From Squalus acanthias (Eukaryota), in NCBI GenBank assembly GCA_030390025.1, contig JASTWF010000035.1:1612001-1676000 (forward strand): a stretch of 64,000 nucleotides of DNA, in the 5' to 3' direction. The position numbers and the translations under genes were made by a program. This document shows positions 35,297 to 49,273 of the stretch, piece by piece (the stretch's first letter is position 1; each line of letters opens with the position of its first letter). The notes under the pieces were generated by a model. The model did not search any database, was not told the origin of the DNA, and saw only the letters and a program-made list of their open reading frames with translations.

Positions 35297-37694
35297 AGAG
35301 AGACTGAGTGCGCGAGAGAGAGAGACTGAGTGCGCGAGAGAGAGAGACTGAGTCTGCGAGAGAGAGACTGAGTGCGACAGAGAGAGAGAGACTGAGTGTG
35401 AGAGAGAGAGAGAGACTGAATGCGCGAGAGAGAGACTGAGTGCGCGCGAGAGAGAGAGACTGAGTGTGAGAGAGAGAGACTGAGTGCGAGAGAGAGAGAG
35501 TGAGTGCGAGAGAGAGAGAGAGACTGAGTGTGCGAGAGAGAGACTGAGTGCGAGAGAGAAAGAGAGACTGAGTGCGAAAGAGAGAGAGTGCGAGAGAGAG
35601 ACTGAGTACGAGCGAGAGAGAGAGACTGAGTGTGAAAGAGAAAGAGAGTGCGAGAGAGAGACTGAGTGCGAGAGAGAGAGAGTGAGTGCGAGAGAGAGAG
35701 AGTGAGTGCGAGAGAGAGAGAGAGAGTGAGTGCGCGAGAGAGAGAGTGAGTGCGAGAGAGAGAGAAAGTGCGAGAGAGAGAGAGAGACTGAGTGTGAGAG
35801 AGAGTGCGAGAGAGAGACTGAGTGCGAGAGAGAGAGACTGAGTGTGAGAGAGAGAGAGACTGAGTGCGAGAGAGAGAGAGACTGAGTGTGAGAGAGAGAG
35901 AGAGACTGAGTGCGAAAGAGAGAGACTGAGTGCGAGAGAGATAGACTGAGTGAGAGAGAGAGAGTGAGTGCGAGAGAGAGAGAGAGTGCGAGAGAGAGAG
36001 AGACTGAGTGCGCAAGAGAGAGAGAGTGAGTGCGAGAGAGAGAGAAAGAGCGAGAGAGAGAGAGACTGAGTGACGAGAGAGAGAGAGACTGAGTGCGAGA
36101 GAGAGAGAGAGTGAGTGCGAGAGAGAGAGAGAGACTGAGTGCGAGAGAGAGAGAGAGACAGTGCGAGAGAGAGAGAGAGTGCGCAAGAGAGAGAGAGAGA
36201 GAGTGAGTGCGAGAGAGAGAGAGAGACTGAGTGCGAGAGAGAGAGAGAGTGAGTTGAGAGAGAGAGAGACTGAGTGCGAGAGAGAGAGAGTGCGAGAGAG
36301 AGAGACTGAGTGAGAGAGAGAGAGAGAGACTGAGTGCGCGAGAGAGAGAGAGACTGAGTGTGAGAGAGAGAGAGAGAGACTGAGTGCGAGAGAGAGTGCG
36401 AGAGAGACTCTGAGTGTGAGTGAGAGAGAGAGACTGAGTGCAAGAGAGAGAGAGACTGAGTGCGCGAGAGAGTGAGTGTGAGAGAGAGAGAGAGTGAGTG
36501 CGAGAGAGAGAGAGAGCGTGCGAGAGAGAGATAGAGTGAGTGCGAGAGAGAGAGAGAGTGAGTGCGAGAGAGAGAGAGAGTGAGTGCGAGAGAGAGAGAG
36601 ACTGAGTGCGAGAGAGAGAGAGAGTGAGTGCGAGAGAGAGAGAGACTGAGTGCGAGAGAGAGAGAGACTGAGTGCGAGAGAGAGAGAGAGTGAGTGCGAG
36701 AGAGAGAGAGACTGAGTGTGAGAGAGAGAGAGTGAGAGAGAGAGACTGAGTGTGAGAGAGAGAGACTGAGTGCGCGAGAGAGAGAGAGAGAGTGAGTGCG
36801 AGAGAGAGAGACTGAGTGCGAGAGAGAGTGAGTGCGAGAGAGATAGAGAGAGAGTGAGTGCGAGAGAGAGAGATGCGAGAGAGAGAGACAGATGCGAGAG
36901 AGAGAGTGAGTGCGAGAGAGACAGAGTGCGAGAGAGAGAGAGTGAGTGCGAGAGAGAGAGAGAGAGTGAGAGAGAGAGAGAGTGAGTGCGAGAAAGAGAG
37001 AGAGTGAGTGCGAGAGAGAGAGAGAGAGTGCGAGAGAGAGAGAGTGAGTGCGAGAAAGAGAGAGAGAGTGAGAGAGAGACTGAGTGCGAGAGAGAGAGAC
37101 TGAGTGCGAGAGAGAGAGAGAGACTGAGTGCGAGAGAGAGATAGAGAGAGAGAGAGTGAGTGCGAGAGAGAGAGACTGAGTGCGAGAGAGAGAGAGACTG
37201 AGTGTGAGAGAGAGAGACAGATGCGAGAGAGAGAGAGACAGATGCGAGAGAGAGTGAGTGCGAGAGAGAGAGAGAGAGAGGCTGAGTGCGAGAGAGAGAG
37301 AGTGAGTGCGAGAGAGAGAGAGAGAGTGCGTGCGAGGGAGAGAGACTGAGTGCGAGAGAGAGAGAGAGTGAGTGCGAGAGAGAGAGAGAGTGAGTGCGAG
37401 GGAGAGAGTGAGTGCGAGAGAGAGAGAGTGAGTGCGAGAGAGAGAGAGAGTGCGAGAGAGACTGAGTGCAAGAGAGAGAGAGAGAGTGAGTGCGAGAGAG
37501 AGAGAGTGAGTGCGAGAGAGAGAGAGTGAGTGAGAGGGAGAGAGAGTGAGTGCGAGGGAGAGAGAGTGAGTGCGAGAGAGAGAGAGTGAGTGCGAGAGAG
37601 AGAGAGTGAGTGCGAGAGAGAGAGAGAGTGCGAGAGAGGACTGAGTGCGAGAGAGAGAGAGTGAGTGCGAGAGAGAGAGAGAGAGAGTGAGTGC

Positions 37695-37726
<32 letters not shown>

Positions 37727-40700
37727 GTGAGTGCGAGAGAGAGAGAGAGTGAGTGCGAGAGAGAGAGAGAGAGAGTGAGTGCGAGAGAGAGAGAGAGAGA
37801 GTGCGAGAGAGAGAGAGTGAGTGCGAGAGAGAGAGAGTGAGTGCGAGAGAGAGAGAGAGAGACTGAGTGAGTGAGCGAGAGAGAGAGAGAGAGAGTGAGT
37901 GCGAGAGAGAGAGAGTGAGTGCGAGAGAGAGAGTGAGTGCGAGAGAGAGAGAGAGTGCGTGCGAGAGAGAGAGAGTGAGTGAGTGCGAGAGAGAGAGAAA
38001 GAGAGACTGAGTGCGAGAGAGAGAGAAAGAGAGACTGAGTGGGAGAGAGAGAGAGACTGAGTGTGAGAGAGAGAGAGACTGAGTGCGAGAGACAGAGAGA
38101 GTGAGTGCGCGAGAGAGAGAGAGAGGGAGTGCGAGAGAGAGAGAGAGACTGAGTGTGAGAGAGAGAGAGAGACTGAGTGTGAGAGAGAGTGAGTGAGTGC
38201 GAGAGAGAGAGAGAGTGAGTGCGAGAGAGAGACTGAGTGCGAGAGAGAGAGAGAGACTGAGTGAGAGAGAGAGAGAGACTGAGTGCGAGAGAGAGAGAGA
38301 GACTGAGTGCGAGTGAGAGAGTGAGTGCGAGAGAGAGAGAGCCTGAGTGCGAGAGAGAGAGAGAGAGTGAGTGCGAGAGAGAGAGAGAGACTGAGTGCGA
38401 GAGAGACAGAGTGAGTGCGAGAGAGAGTGAGTGTGAGAGAGAGTGCGAGAGAGAGAGAGAGACTGAGTGTGAGAGAGAGAGAGAGACTGAGTGTGAGAGA
38501 GAGATTGAGTGTGAGAGAGAGTGCGAGAGAGAGAGACTGAGTGTGAGAGAGAGAGACAGACTGAGTGCGCGAGAGAGAGAGATTGAGTGCGAGAGAGAGA
38601 GAGAGTGCGAGAGAGAGAGTGCGAGAGAGAGAGACTGAGTGCGAGAGAGAGAGAGAGAATGAGTGCGAGAGAGAGAGAGAGACTGAGTGCGAGAGAGAGA
38701 GAAGTGCGAGAGAGAGACTGAGTGTGAGAGAGAGAGAGACTGAGTGTGAGAGAGAGAGACTGAGTGCGAGAAAGAGAGAGAGAGTGAGTGTGAGAGAGAG
38801 AGAGACTGAGTGTGAGAGAGAGAGACTGAGTGCGAGAGAGTGAGAGTGAGTGCGAGAGAGAGAGAGAGAGAGACTGAGTGCGAGAGAGTGAGTGAGTTCG
38901 AGAGAGAGAGAGTGCGTGCGAGAGAGAGAGAGAGACTGAGTGCGAGAGAGAGAGAGTGAGTGCGAGAGAGAGAGAGAGACTGAGTGCGAGAGAGGAGAGA
39001 GTGAGAGAGTGAGTGCGAGAGAGAGAGAGAGAGACTGAGTGCGAGAGAGAGAGAGAGAGACTGAGTGCGAGAGAGAGAGAGAGAGACTGAGTGCGAGAGA
39101 GAGAGGAGAGACTGAGTGCGAGAGAGAGAGAGAGAGACTGAGTGCGAGAGAGAGAGAGAGACTGAGTGCGAGAGAGAGAGACTGAGTGCGAGAGAGAGAG
39201 AGAGAAAGTGCGAGAGAGAGTGAGGACTGAGTGTGAGAGAGAGAGACTGAGTGCGAGAGAGAGAGAGAGAGTGAGTGTAAGCGAGGAGAGAGAGAGAGAG
39301 ACTGAGTGCGAGAGAGAGAGAGAGAGAGTGCGAGAGAGACTGAGTGTGAGAGAGAGAGAGAGTGAGTGCGAGAGAGAGAGAGAGTGACTGCGAGAGAGAG
39401 ACTGAGTGTGAGAGAGAGAGAGTGCGAGAGAGAGAGTGATGCGAGAGAGAGAGAGTGAGTGCGAGAGAGAGAGAGTGAGTGCGAGAGAGAGAGAGTGAGT
39501 GCGAGAGAGAGAGAGTGAGTGCGAGAGAGAGAGAGTGAGTGCGAGAGAGAGAGTGAGTGCGAGAGAGAGAGACTGAGTGCGAGAGAGAGAGAGACTGAGT
39601 GTGAGAGAGAGAGAGTGAGTGCGAGAGAGAGAGAGTGAGTGCGAGAGAGAGAGAGTGAGTGCGAGAGAGAGAGAGAGTGAGTGCGAGAGAGAGAGTGAGT
39701 GCGAGAGAGAGAGTGAGTGCGAGAGAGAGAGAGTGAGTGCGAGCGAGAGAGAGAGAGTGAGTGCGAGAGAGAGAGAGTGAGTGCGAGAGAGAGAGAGTGA
39801 GTGCGAGAGAGAGAGAGTGAGTGCGAGAGAGAGAGTGAGTGCGAGAGAGAGAGAGAGTGAGTGCACGATAGAGAGACAGAGTGAGTGCGAGAGAGAGTGA
39901 GTGTGAGAGAGAGTGCGAGAGAGAGAGAGAGAGACTGAGTGTGAGAGAGAGAGAGATTGAGTGCGAGAGAGAGAGAGCGCGAGAGAGAGAGAGAGTGCGA
40001 GAGAGAGAGAATGAGTGCGAGAGAGAGAGACTGAGTGCGAGAGAGAGTGCGAGAGAGAGAGAGAGTGAGTGCGAGAGAGAGAGAGTGCGAGAGAGAGAGA
40101 GAGTGCGAGAGAGAGAGAATGAGTGCGAGAGAGAGAGACTGAGTGCGAGAGAGAGAGAGAGAATGAGTGCGAGAGAGAGAGAGAATGAGTGCGAGAGAGA
40201 GAGAGATTGAGTGCGAGAGAGAGAGTGCGAGAGAGAGAGAGTGCGAGAGAGAGAGAATGAGTGCGTGAGAGAGAGGACTGAGTGCGAGAGAGAGAGAGAG
40301 ATGAGTGCGAGAGAGAGAGAGTGAGTGCGAGAGAGAGAGAGAGTGCGAGAGAGAGACTGAGTGTGAGAGAGAGAGAGACTGAGTGTGAGAGAGAGAGACT
40401 GAGTGCGAGAAAGAGAGAGAGAGTGAGTGTGAGAGAGAGAGAGACTGAGTGTGAGAGAGAGAGACTGAGTGCGAGAGAGTGAGAGTGAGTGCGAGAGAGA
40501 GAGAGAGAGAGACTGAGTGCGAGAGAGAGAGAGAGTGAGTGTCGAGAGAGAGAGAGTGCGTGCGAGAGAGAGAGAGAGACTGAGTGCGAGAGAGAGAGTG
40601 AGTGCGAGAGAGAGAGAGAGAGACTGAGTGCGAGAGAGAGAGTGAGAGAGTGAGTGCGAGAGAGAGAGAGAGAGACTGAGTGCGAGAGAGAGAGAGAGAG

Positions 40701-43700
40701 ACTGAGTGCGAGAGAGAGAGAGAGAGACTGAGTGCGAGAGAGAGAGAGAGACTGAGTGCGAGAGAGAGAGAGAGACTGAGTGCGAGAGAGAGAGAGAGAG
40801 ACTGAGTGCGAGAGAGAGAGACTGAGTGCGAGAGAGAGAGAGAAAGTGCGAGAGAGAGAGAGACTGAGTGTGAGAGAGAGAGACTGAGTGCGAGAGAGAG
40901 AGAGAGGGAGTGCGAGAGAGAGAGAGGGAGTGCGAGAGAGAGAGAGAGGAGTGCTGAGAGAGAAGAGAGAGAGAGAGAGTGAGTGCGAGAGAGAGAGAGG
41001 GAGTGCGAGAGAGAGAGAGGGAGTGCGAGAGAGAGAGAGGGAGTGCGAGAGAGAGAGAGGGAGTGCGAGAGAGAGAGAGGGAGTGCGAGAGAGAGAGAGG
41101 GAGTGCGAGAGAGAGAGAGAGAGTGCGAGAGAGAGAGAGAGGGAGTGCGTAGAGAGAGAGAGGGAGTGCGAGAGAGAGAGGAGGAGTGCGAGAGAGAAGA
41201 GAGGAGTGCGAGAGAGAGAGAGAGGAGTGAGAGAGAGAGAGAGGGAGTGCGAGAGAGAGAGAGAGGGAGTGCGAGAGAGAGAGAGAGGAGTGCGAGAGAG
41301 AGAGAGAGGGAGTGCGAGAGAGAGAGAGAGGGAGTGCGAGAGAGAGAGAGAGGAGTGCGAGAGAGAGAGAGAGGGAGTGCGAGAGAGAGAGAGAGGAGTG
41401 CGAGAGAGAGAGAGTGAGTGCGAGCGAGAGAGAGAGTGAGTGCGAGAGAGAGAGAGTGAGTGCGAGAGAGAGAGAGAGAGTGAGTGCGAGAGAGAGAGAG
41501 TGAGTGCGAGAGAGAGAGTGAGTGCGAGAGAGAGAGAGAGTGAGTGCACGATAGAGAGACAGAGTGAGTGCGAGAGAGAGTGAGTGTGAGAGAGAGTGCG
41601 AGAGAGAGAGAGAGACTGAGTGTGAGAGAGAGAGAGATTGAGTGCGAGAGAGAGAGAGTGCGAGAGAGAGAGAGAGTGCGAGAGAGAGAGAATGAGTGCG
41701 AGAGAGAGAGACTGAGTGCGAGAGAGAGTGCGAGAGAGAGAGAGATTGAGTGCGAGAGAGAGAGAGAGTGCGAGAGAGAGAGAGAGTGCGAGAGAGAGAG
41801 AATGAGTGCGAGAGAGAGAGACTGAGTGCGAGAGAGAGAGAGAGAATGAGTGCGAGAGAGAGAGAGAATGAGTGCGAGAGAGAGAGAGATTGAGTGCGAG
41901 AGAGAGAGTGCGAGAGAGAGAGAGAGTGCGAGAGAGAGAGAATGAGTGCGTGAGAGAGAGACTGAGTGCGAGAGAGAGAGAGAGACTGAGTGCGAGAGAG
42001 AGAGAGAGAGTGCGAGAGAGAGAGAGAGTGCGAGAGAGAGACTGAGTGTGAGAGAGAGAGAGACTGAGTGTGAGAGAGAGAGACTGAGTGCGAGAAAGAG
42101 AGAGAGAGTGAGTGTGAGAGAGAGAGAGACTGAGTGAGAGAGAGAGAGACTGAGTGCGAGAGAGAGAGAGAGAGTGCAAGAGAGAGAGAGAGAGAGACTG
42201 AGTGAGAGAGAGAGTAGAGTGCGAGAGAGAGAGAGAGTGAGTGCGAGAGAGGGAGAGAGTGAGTGCGAGAGAGAGAGACTGAGTGCGAGAGAGAAAGAGA
42301 GTGAGTGCGAGAGAGAGAGAGAGTGCGAGAGAGAGAGAGAGTGAGTGCGAGAGAGAGAGACTGAGTGTGAGAGAGAGAGAGTGCGAGAGAGAGAGAGTGA
42401 GTGCGAGAGAGAGAGAGAGTTAGTGCGAGAGAGAGAGAGAGTTAGTGCGAGAGAGAGAGAGAGTTAGTGCGAGAGAGAGAGAGTGAGTGCGAGAGAGAGA
42501 GAGAGTGCGAGAGAGAGACTGAGTGCGAGAGAGAGAGAGTGAGTGCGAGAGAGAGAGTGAGAGTGAGTGCGAGAGAGAGAGAGTGCGAGAGAGAGAGAGT
42601 GAGTGCGAGAGAGAGAGAGAGTTAGTGCGAGAGAGAGAGACTGAGTGCGAGAGAGAAAGAGAGAGACTGAGTGCGAGAGAGAGAGAGAGTGCGAGAGAGA
42701 GACTGAGTGTGAGAGAGAGAGAGACTGAGTGTGAGAGAGAGAGACTGAGTGCGAGAAAAGAGAGAGAGTGAGTGTGAGAGAGAGAGAGACTGAGTGTGAG
42801 AGAGAGAGACTGAGTGCGAGAGAGTGAGAGTGAGTGCGAGAGAGAGAGAGAGAGAGACTGAGTGCGAGAGAGAGAGAGACTGAGTGCGAGAGAGAGAGAG
42901 AGTGAGTGAGTTCGAGAGAGAGAGAGTGCGTGCGAGAGAGAGAGAGACTGAGTGCGAGAGAGAGAGAGTGAGTGCGAGAGAGAGAGAGAGAGACTGAGTG
43001 CGAGAGAGAGAGAGATGAGTGCGAGAGAGAGAGAGAGAAAGTGCGAGAGAGAGAGAGACTGAGTGTGAGAGAGAGAGACTGAGTGCGAGAGAGAGAGAGA
43101 GAGTGAGTGTAAGCGAGAGAGAGAGAGAGAGAGACTGAGTGCGAGAGAGAGAGAGAGAGTGACTGCGAGAGAGAGAGACTGAGTGTGAGAGAGAGAGAGA
43201 GAGTGCGAGAGAGAGAGAGTGAGTGCGAGAGAGAGAGGAGTGTGAGAGATAGAGAGTGAGTGCGAGAGAGAGAGAGTGAGTGCGAGAGAGAGAGAGTGAG
43301 TGCGAGAGAGAGAGAGTGAGTGCGAGAGAGAGAGTGAGTGCGAGAGAGAGAGAGACTGAGTGCGAGAGAGAGAGAGACTGAGTGAGAGAGAGAGAGAGAG
43401 TGAGTGCGAGAGAGAGAGAGAGTGAGTGCGAGAGAGAGAGAGAGAGAGTGCGAGAGAGAGGAGAGTGAGTGCGAGAGAGAGAGTGAGTGCGAGAGAGAGG
43501 AGAGAGTGAGTGCGAGAGAGAGAGTGAGTGCGAGAGAGAGAGTGAGTGCGAGAGAGAGAGAGTGAGTGCGAGCGAGAGAGAGAGAGTGAGTGCGAGAGAG
43601 AGAGAGTGAGTGCGAGAGAGAGAGAGTGAGTGCGAGAGAGAGAGAGTGAGTGCGAGAGAGAGAGTGAGTGCGAGAGAGAGAGAGAGTGAGTGCACGATAG

Positions 43701-46700
43701 AGAGAAGAGTGAGTGCGAGAGAGAGTAGTGTGAGAGAGAGTGCGTGAGAGAGAGAGGACTGAGTGTGAGAGAGAGAGAGAGAGAGTGAGTGCGAGAGAGA
43801 GAGAGTGCGAGAGAGAGAGAGAGTGCGAGAGAGAGAGAATGAGTGCGAGAGAGAGAGAGACTGAGTGCGAGAGAGAGTGCGAGAGAGAGAGAGATTGAGT
43901 GCGAGAGAGAGAGAGAGTGCGAGAGAGAGAAGAGTGCGAGAGGAGGAGAGAGAGAGCCTGAGTGCGAGAGAGAGAGAGAGAGACTGAGTGCGAGAGAGAG
44001 GAGAGACTGAGTGCGAGAGAGACAGAGTGAGTGCGAGAGAGAGTGAGTGTGAGAGAGAGTGCGAGAGAGAGAGAGAGAGACTGAGTGTGAGAGAGAGAGA
44101 GAGAGACTGAGTGAGAGAGAGAGATTGAGTGTGAGAGAGAGTGCGAGAGAGAGAGAGACTGAGTGTGAGAGAGAGAGACAGACTGAGTGCGCGAGAGAGA
44201 GAGATTGAGTGCGAGAGAGAGAGAGAGTGCGAGAGAGAGAGAGTGCGAGAGAGAGAGACTGAGTGCGAGAGAGAGAGAGACTGAGTGCGAGAGAGAGAGA
44301 GAGATGAGTGCGAGAGAGAGAGAGAGAGAGTGCGAGAGAGAGAGATGAGTGCGAGAGAGAGAGAGACTGAGTGTGAGAGAGAGAGACTGAGTGCGAGAAA
44401 GAGAGAGAGAGTGAGTGTGAGAGAGAGAGAGACTGAGTGCGAGAGAGAGAGACTGAGTGCGAAGAGAGAGAGTGAGAGTGAGTGCGAGAGAGAGAGAGAG
44501 AGAGACTGAGTGCGAGAGAGAGAGAGAGAGTGAGTGAGTTCGAGAGAGAGAGAGTGCGTGCGAGAGAGAGAGAGAGAGACTGAGTGCGAGAGAGAGAGAG
44601 TGAGTGCGAGAGAGAGAGAGAGAGACTGAGTGCGAGAGAGAGAGTGAGAGAGTGAGTGCGAGAGAGAGAGAGAGAGACTGAGTGCGAGAGAGAGAGAGAG
44701 AGACTGAGTGCGAGAGAGAGAGAGAGAGACTGAGTGCGAGAGAGAGAGAGAGACTGAGTGCGAGAGAGAGAGGACTGAGTGCGAGAGAGTGAGAGAGAGA
44801 GACTGAGTGCGAGAGAGAGAGACTGAGTGCGAGTGAGAGAGAGAAAAGTGCGAGAGAGAGAGAGACTGAGTGTGAGAGAGAGAGACAGGGTGCGAGAGAG
44901 AGAGAGAGAGAGAGAGTGTGTAAGCGAGAGAGAGAGAGAGAGAGACTGAGTGCGAGAGAGAGAGAGAGAGAGTGCGAGAGAGATGAGTGTGAGAGAGAGA
45001 GAGAGTGAGTGCGAGAGAGAGAGAGAGTGACTGCGAGAGAGAGACTGAGTGTGAGAGAGAGAGAGTGTGAGAGATAGAGAGTGAGTGCGAGAGAGAGAGA
45101 GAGTGAGTGCGAGAGAGAGAGACTGAGTGCGAGAGAGAGAGAGTGAGTGCGAGAGAGAGAGAGTGAGTGCGAGAGAGAGAGACTGAGTGCGAGAGAGAGA
45201 GAGACTGAGTGTGAGAGAGAGAGAGAGTGCGAGAGAGAGAGAGAGTGCGAGAGAGAGAGAATGAGTGCGAGAGAGAGAGAATGAGTGCGAGAGAGAGAGA
45301 CTGAGTGCGAGAGAGAGAGAGAGAATGAGTGCGAGAGAGAGAGAGAGAATGAGTGCGAGAGAGAGAGAGATTGAGTGCGAGAGAGAGAGTGCGAGAGAGA
45401 GAGAGAGTGCGAGAGAGAGAGAAATGAGTGCGTGAGAGAGAGACTGAGTGCGAGAGAGAGAGAGAGACTGTGCGAGAGAGAGAGAGAGTGCGAGAGAGAG
45501 AGAGAGTGCGAGAGAGAGACTGAGTGTGAGAGAGAGAGAGACTGAGTGTGAGAGAGAGAGACTGAGTGCGAGAAAGAGAGAGAGAGTGAGTGTGAGAGAG
45601 AGAGAGACTGAGTGTGAGAGAGAGAGACTGAGTGCGAGAGAGAGAGAGAGATGCAAGAGAGAGAGAGAGAGACTGCGTGAGAGAGAGAGAGAGTGCGAGA
45701 GAGAGAGAGAGTGAGTGCGAGAGAGGGAGAGAGTGAGTGCGAGAGAGAGAGACTGAGTGCGAGAGAGAAAGAGAGTGAGTGCGAGAGAGAGAGAGTGAGA
45801 GTGCGAGAGAGCGAGAGAGAGAGAGAGTGAGTGCGAGAGAGAGAGACTGAGTGTGAGAGAGAGAGTGCGAGAGAGAGAGAGGTGAGTGAGAGAGAGAGAG
45901 AGAGTTAGTGCGAGAGAGAGAGAGAGTTAGTGCGAGAGAGAGGAGAGTTAGTGCGAGAGAGAGAGAGTGAGTGCGAGAGAGAGAGAGAGGAGTGCGAGAG
46001 AGAGAGTGAGTGCGAGAGAGAGAGAGTGAGTGCGAGAGAGAGAGTGAGAGTGAGTGCGAGAGAGAGAGAGAGAGTGCGAGAGAGAGAGAGTGAGTGCGGA
46101 GAGAGAGAGAGTTAGTGCGAGAGAGAGAGACTGAGTGCGAGAGAGAAAGAGAGAGCTGAGTGTGAGAGAGAGAGAGACTGAGTGCGAGAAGAAAGAGAGA
46201 GAGAGTGAGTGTGAGAGAGAGAGAGACTGAGAGTGAGAGAGAGAGACTGAGTGCGAGAGAGTGAGAGTGAGTGCGAGAGAGAGAGAGAGAGAGACTGAGT
46301 GCGAGAGAGAGAGAGTGAGTGAGTTCGAGAGAGAGAGAGTGCGTGCGAGAGAGTGAGAGAGAGAGACTGAGTGCGAGAGAGAGAGAGTGAGTGCGAGAGA
46401 GAGAGAGAGAGACTGAGTGCGAGAGAGAGAGACTGAGTGCGAGAGAGAGAGAGAAAGTGCGAGAGAGAGAGAGACTGAGTGTGAGAGAGAGAGAGAGAGT
46501 GAGTGTAAGCGAGAGAGAGAGAGAGAGAGACTGAGTGCGAGAGAGAGAGACTGAGTGTGAGAGAGAGAGAGAGTGAGTGCGAGAGAGAGAGAGAGTGACT
46601 GCGAGAGAGAGACTGAGTGTGAGAGAGAGAGAGAGTGCGAGAGAGAGAGAGTGAGTGCGAGAGAGAGAGAGACTGAGTGTGAGAGAGAGAGTGAGTGCGA

Positions 46701-49236
46701 GAGAGAGAGACTGAGTGCGAGAGAGAGAGAGACTGAGTGTGAGAGAGAGAGAGAGTGAGTGCGAGAGAGAGAGAGTGAGTGCGAGAGAGAGAGAGTGAGT
46801 GCGAGAGAGAGAGAGAGTGCGAGAGAGAGAGAGAGTGAGTGCGAGAGAGAGAGTGAGTGCGAGAGAGAGAGAGTGAGTGCGAGAGAGAGAGAGTGAGTGC
46901 GAGCGAGAGAGAGAGAGTGAGTGCGAGAGAGAGAGAGTGAGTGCGAGAGAGAGAGAGAGAGTGAGTGCGAGAGAGAGTGAGTGCGAGAGAGAGAGTGAGT
47001 GCGAGAGAGAGAGAGAGTGAGTGCACGATAGAGAGACAGAGTGAGTGCGAGAGAGAGTGAGTGTGAGAGAGAGTGCGAGAGAGAGAGAGAGACTGAGTGT
47101 GAGAGAGAGAGAGATTGAGTGCGAGAGAGAGAGAGTGCGAGAGAGAGAGAGAGTGCGAGAGAGAGAGAATGAGTGCGAGAGAGAGAGACTGAGTGCGAGA
47201 GAGAGTGCGAGAGAGAGAGAGATTGAGTGCGAGAGAGAGAGAGAGTGCGAGAGAGAGAGAGAGTGCGAGAGAGAGAGAATGAGTGCGAGAGAGAGAGCCA
47301 GAGTGCGAGAGAGAGAGAGAGAGACTGAGTGCGAGAGAGAGAGAGAGACTGAGTGCGAGAGAGACAGAGTGAGTGCGAGAGAGAGTGAGTGTGAGAGAGA
47401 GTGCGAGAGAGAGAGAGAGACTGAGTGTGAGAGAGAGAGAGAGACTGAGTGTGAGAGAGAGATTGAGTGTGAGAGAGAGTGCGAGAGAGAGAGAGACTGA
47501 GTGTGAGAGAGAGAGACAGACTGAGTGCGAGAGAGAGAGATTGAGTGCGAGAGAGAGAGAGAGTGCGAGAGAGAGAGTGCGAGAGAGAGAGACTGAGTGC
47601 GAGAGAGAGAGAGAGAATGAGTGCGAGAGAGAGAGAGAGACTGAGTGCGAGAGAGAGAGAAAGTGCGAGAGAGAGACTGAGTGTGAGAGAGAGAGAGACT
47701 GAGTGTGAGAGAGAGAGACTGAGTGCGAGAAAGAGAGAGAGAGTGAGTGTGAGAGAGAGAGAGACTGAGTGTGAGAGAGGTGGACTGAGTGCGAGAGAGT
47801 GAGAGTGAGTGCGAGAGAGAGAGAGAGAGAGACTGAGTGCGAGAGAGAGAGAGAGAGAGTGAGTGAGTTCGAGAGAGAGAGAGTGCGTGCGAGAGAGAGA
47901 GAGAGACTGAGTGCGAGAGAGAGAGAGTGAGTGCGAGAGAGAGAGAGAGACGAGTGCGAGAGAGAGAGTGAGAGAGTGAGTGCGAGAGAGAGAGAGAGAG
48001 AGACTGAGTGCGAGAGAGAGAGAGAGAGACTGAGTGCGAGAGAGAGAGAGAGAGACTGAGTAGAGAGAGAGAGAGAGAGAGACTGAGTGCGAGAGAGAGA
48101 GAGAGAGACTGAGTGCGAGAGAGAGAGACTGAGTGCGAGAGAGAGAGAGAAAGTGCGAGAGAGAGAGAGACTGAGTGTGAGAGAGAGAGACTGAGTGCGA
48201 GAGAGAGAGAGAGTGAGTGTAAGCGAGAGAGAGAGAGAGAGAGACTGAGTGCGAGAGAGAGAGAGAGAGAGTGCGAGAGAGACTGAGTGTGAGAGAGAGA
48301 GAGAGAGAGTGCGAGGAGAGAGAGAGTGTGCGAGAGAGAGACTGAGTGTGAGAGAGAGAGAGAGTGCGAGGAGAGAGAGAGAGTGCGAGGAGAGAGAGAG
48401 ACTGAGTGTGAGAGATAGAGAGTGAGTGCGAGAGAGAGAGAGTGAGTGCGAGCGAGAGAGAGAGAGTGAGTGCGAGAGAGAGAGAGTGAGTGCGAGAGAG
48501 AGGAGTGAGTGCGAGAGAGAGAGTGAGTGCGAGAGAGAGAGACTGAGTGCGAGAGAGAGAGAGACTGAGTGTGAGAGAGAGAGAGAGTGAGTGCGAGAGA
48601 GAGAGTGAGTGCGAGAGAGAGAGAGTGAGTGCGAGAGAGAGAGAGAGTGCGAGAGAGAGAGAGAGTGAGTGCGAGAGAGAGAGTGAGTGCGAGGAGAGAG
48701 AGAGTGAGTGCAAGAGAGAGAGAGTGAGTGCGAGCGAGAGAGAGAGAGTGAGTGCGAGAGAGAGAGAGTGAGTGCGAGAGAGAGAGAGAGAGTGAGTGCG
48801 AGAGAGAGAGAGTGAGTGCGAGAGAGAGAGTGAGTGCGAGAGAGAGGAGAGTGAGTGCGAGAGAGAGAGAGACTGAGTGTGAGAGAGAGAGAGTGAGTGC
48901 GAGAGAGAGAGAGTGAGTGCGAGAGAGAGAGAGTGAGTGCGAGAGGAGAGAGAGTGAGTGCGAGAGAGAGAGAGAGAGAGACTGAGTACGAGAGAGAGAG
49001 AGTGAGTGCGAGAGAGAGAGTGAGTGCGAGAGAGAGAGACTGAGTGCGAGAGAGAGAGAGACTGAGTGTGAGAGAGAGAGACTGAGTGCGAGAGAGAGAG
49101 AGACTGAGTGTGAGAGAGAGAGACTGAGTGTGAGAGAGAGAGAGTGAGTGCGAGAGAGAGAGAGTGAGTGCGAGAGAGAGAGAGTGAGTGCGAAGAGAGA
49201 GAGAGAGAGAGTGCGAGAGAGAGAGAGAGTGAGTGC

Positions 49237-49273
<37 letters not shown>
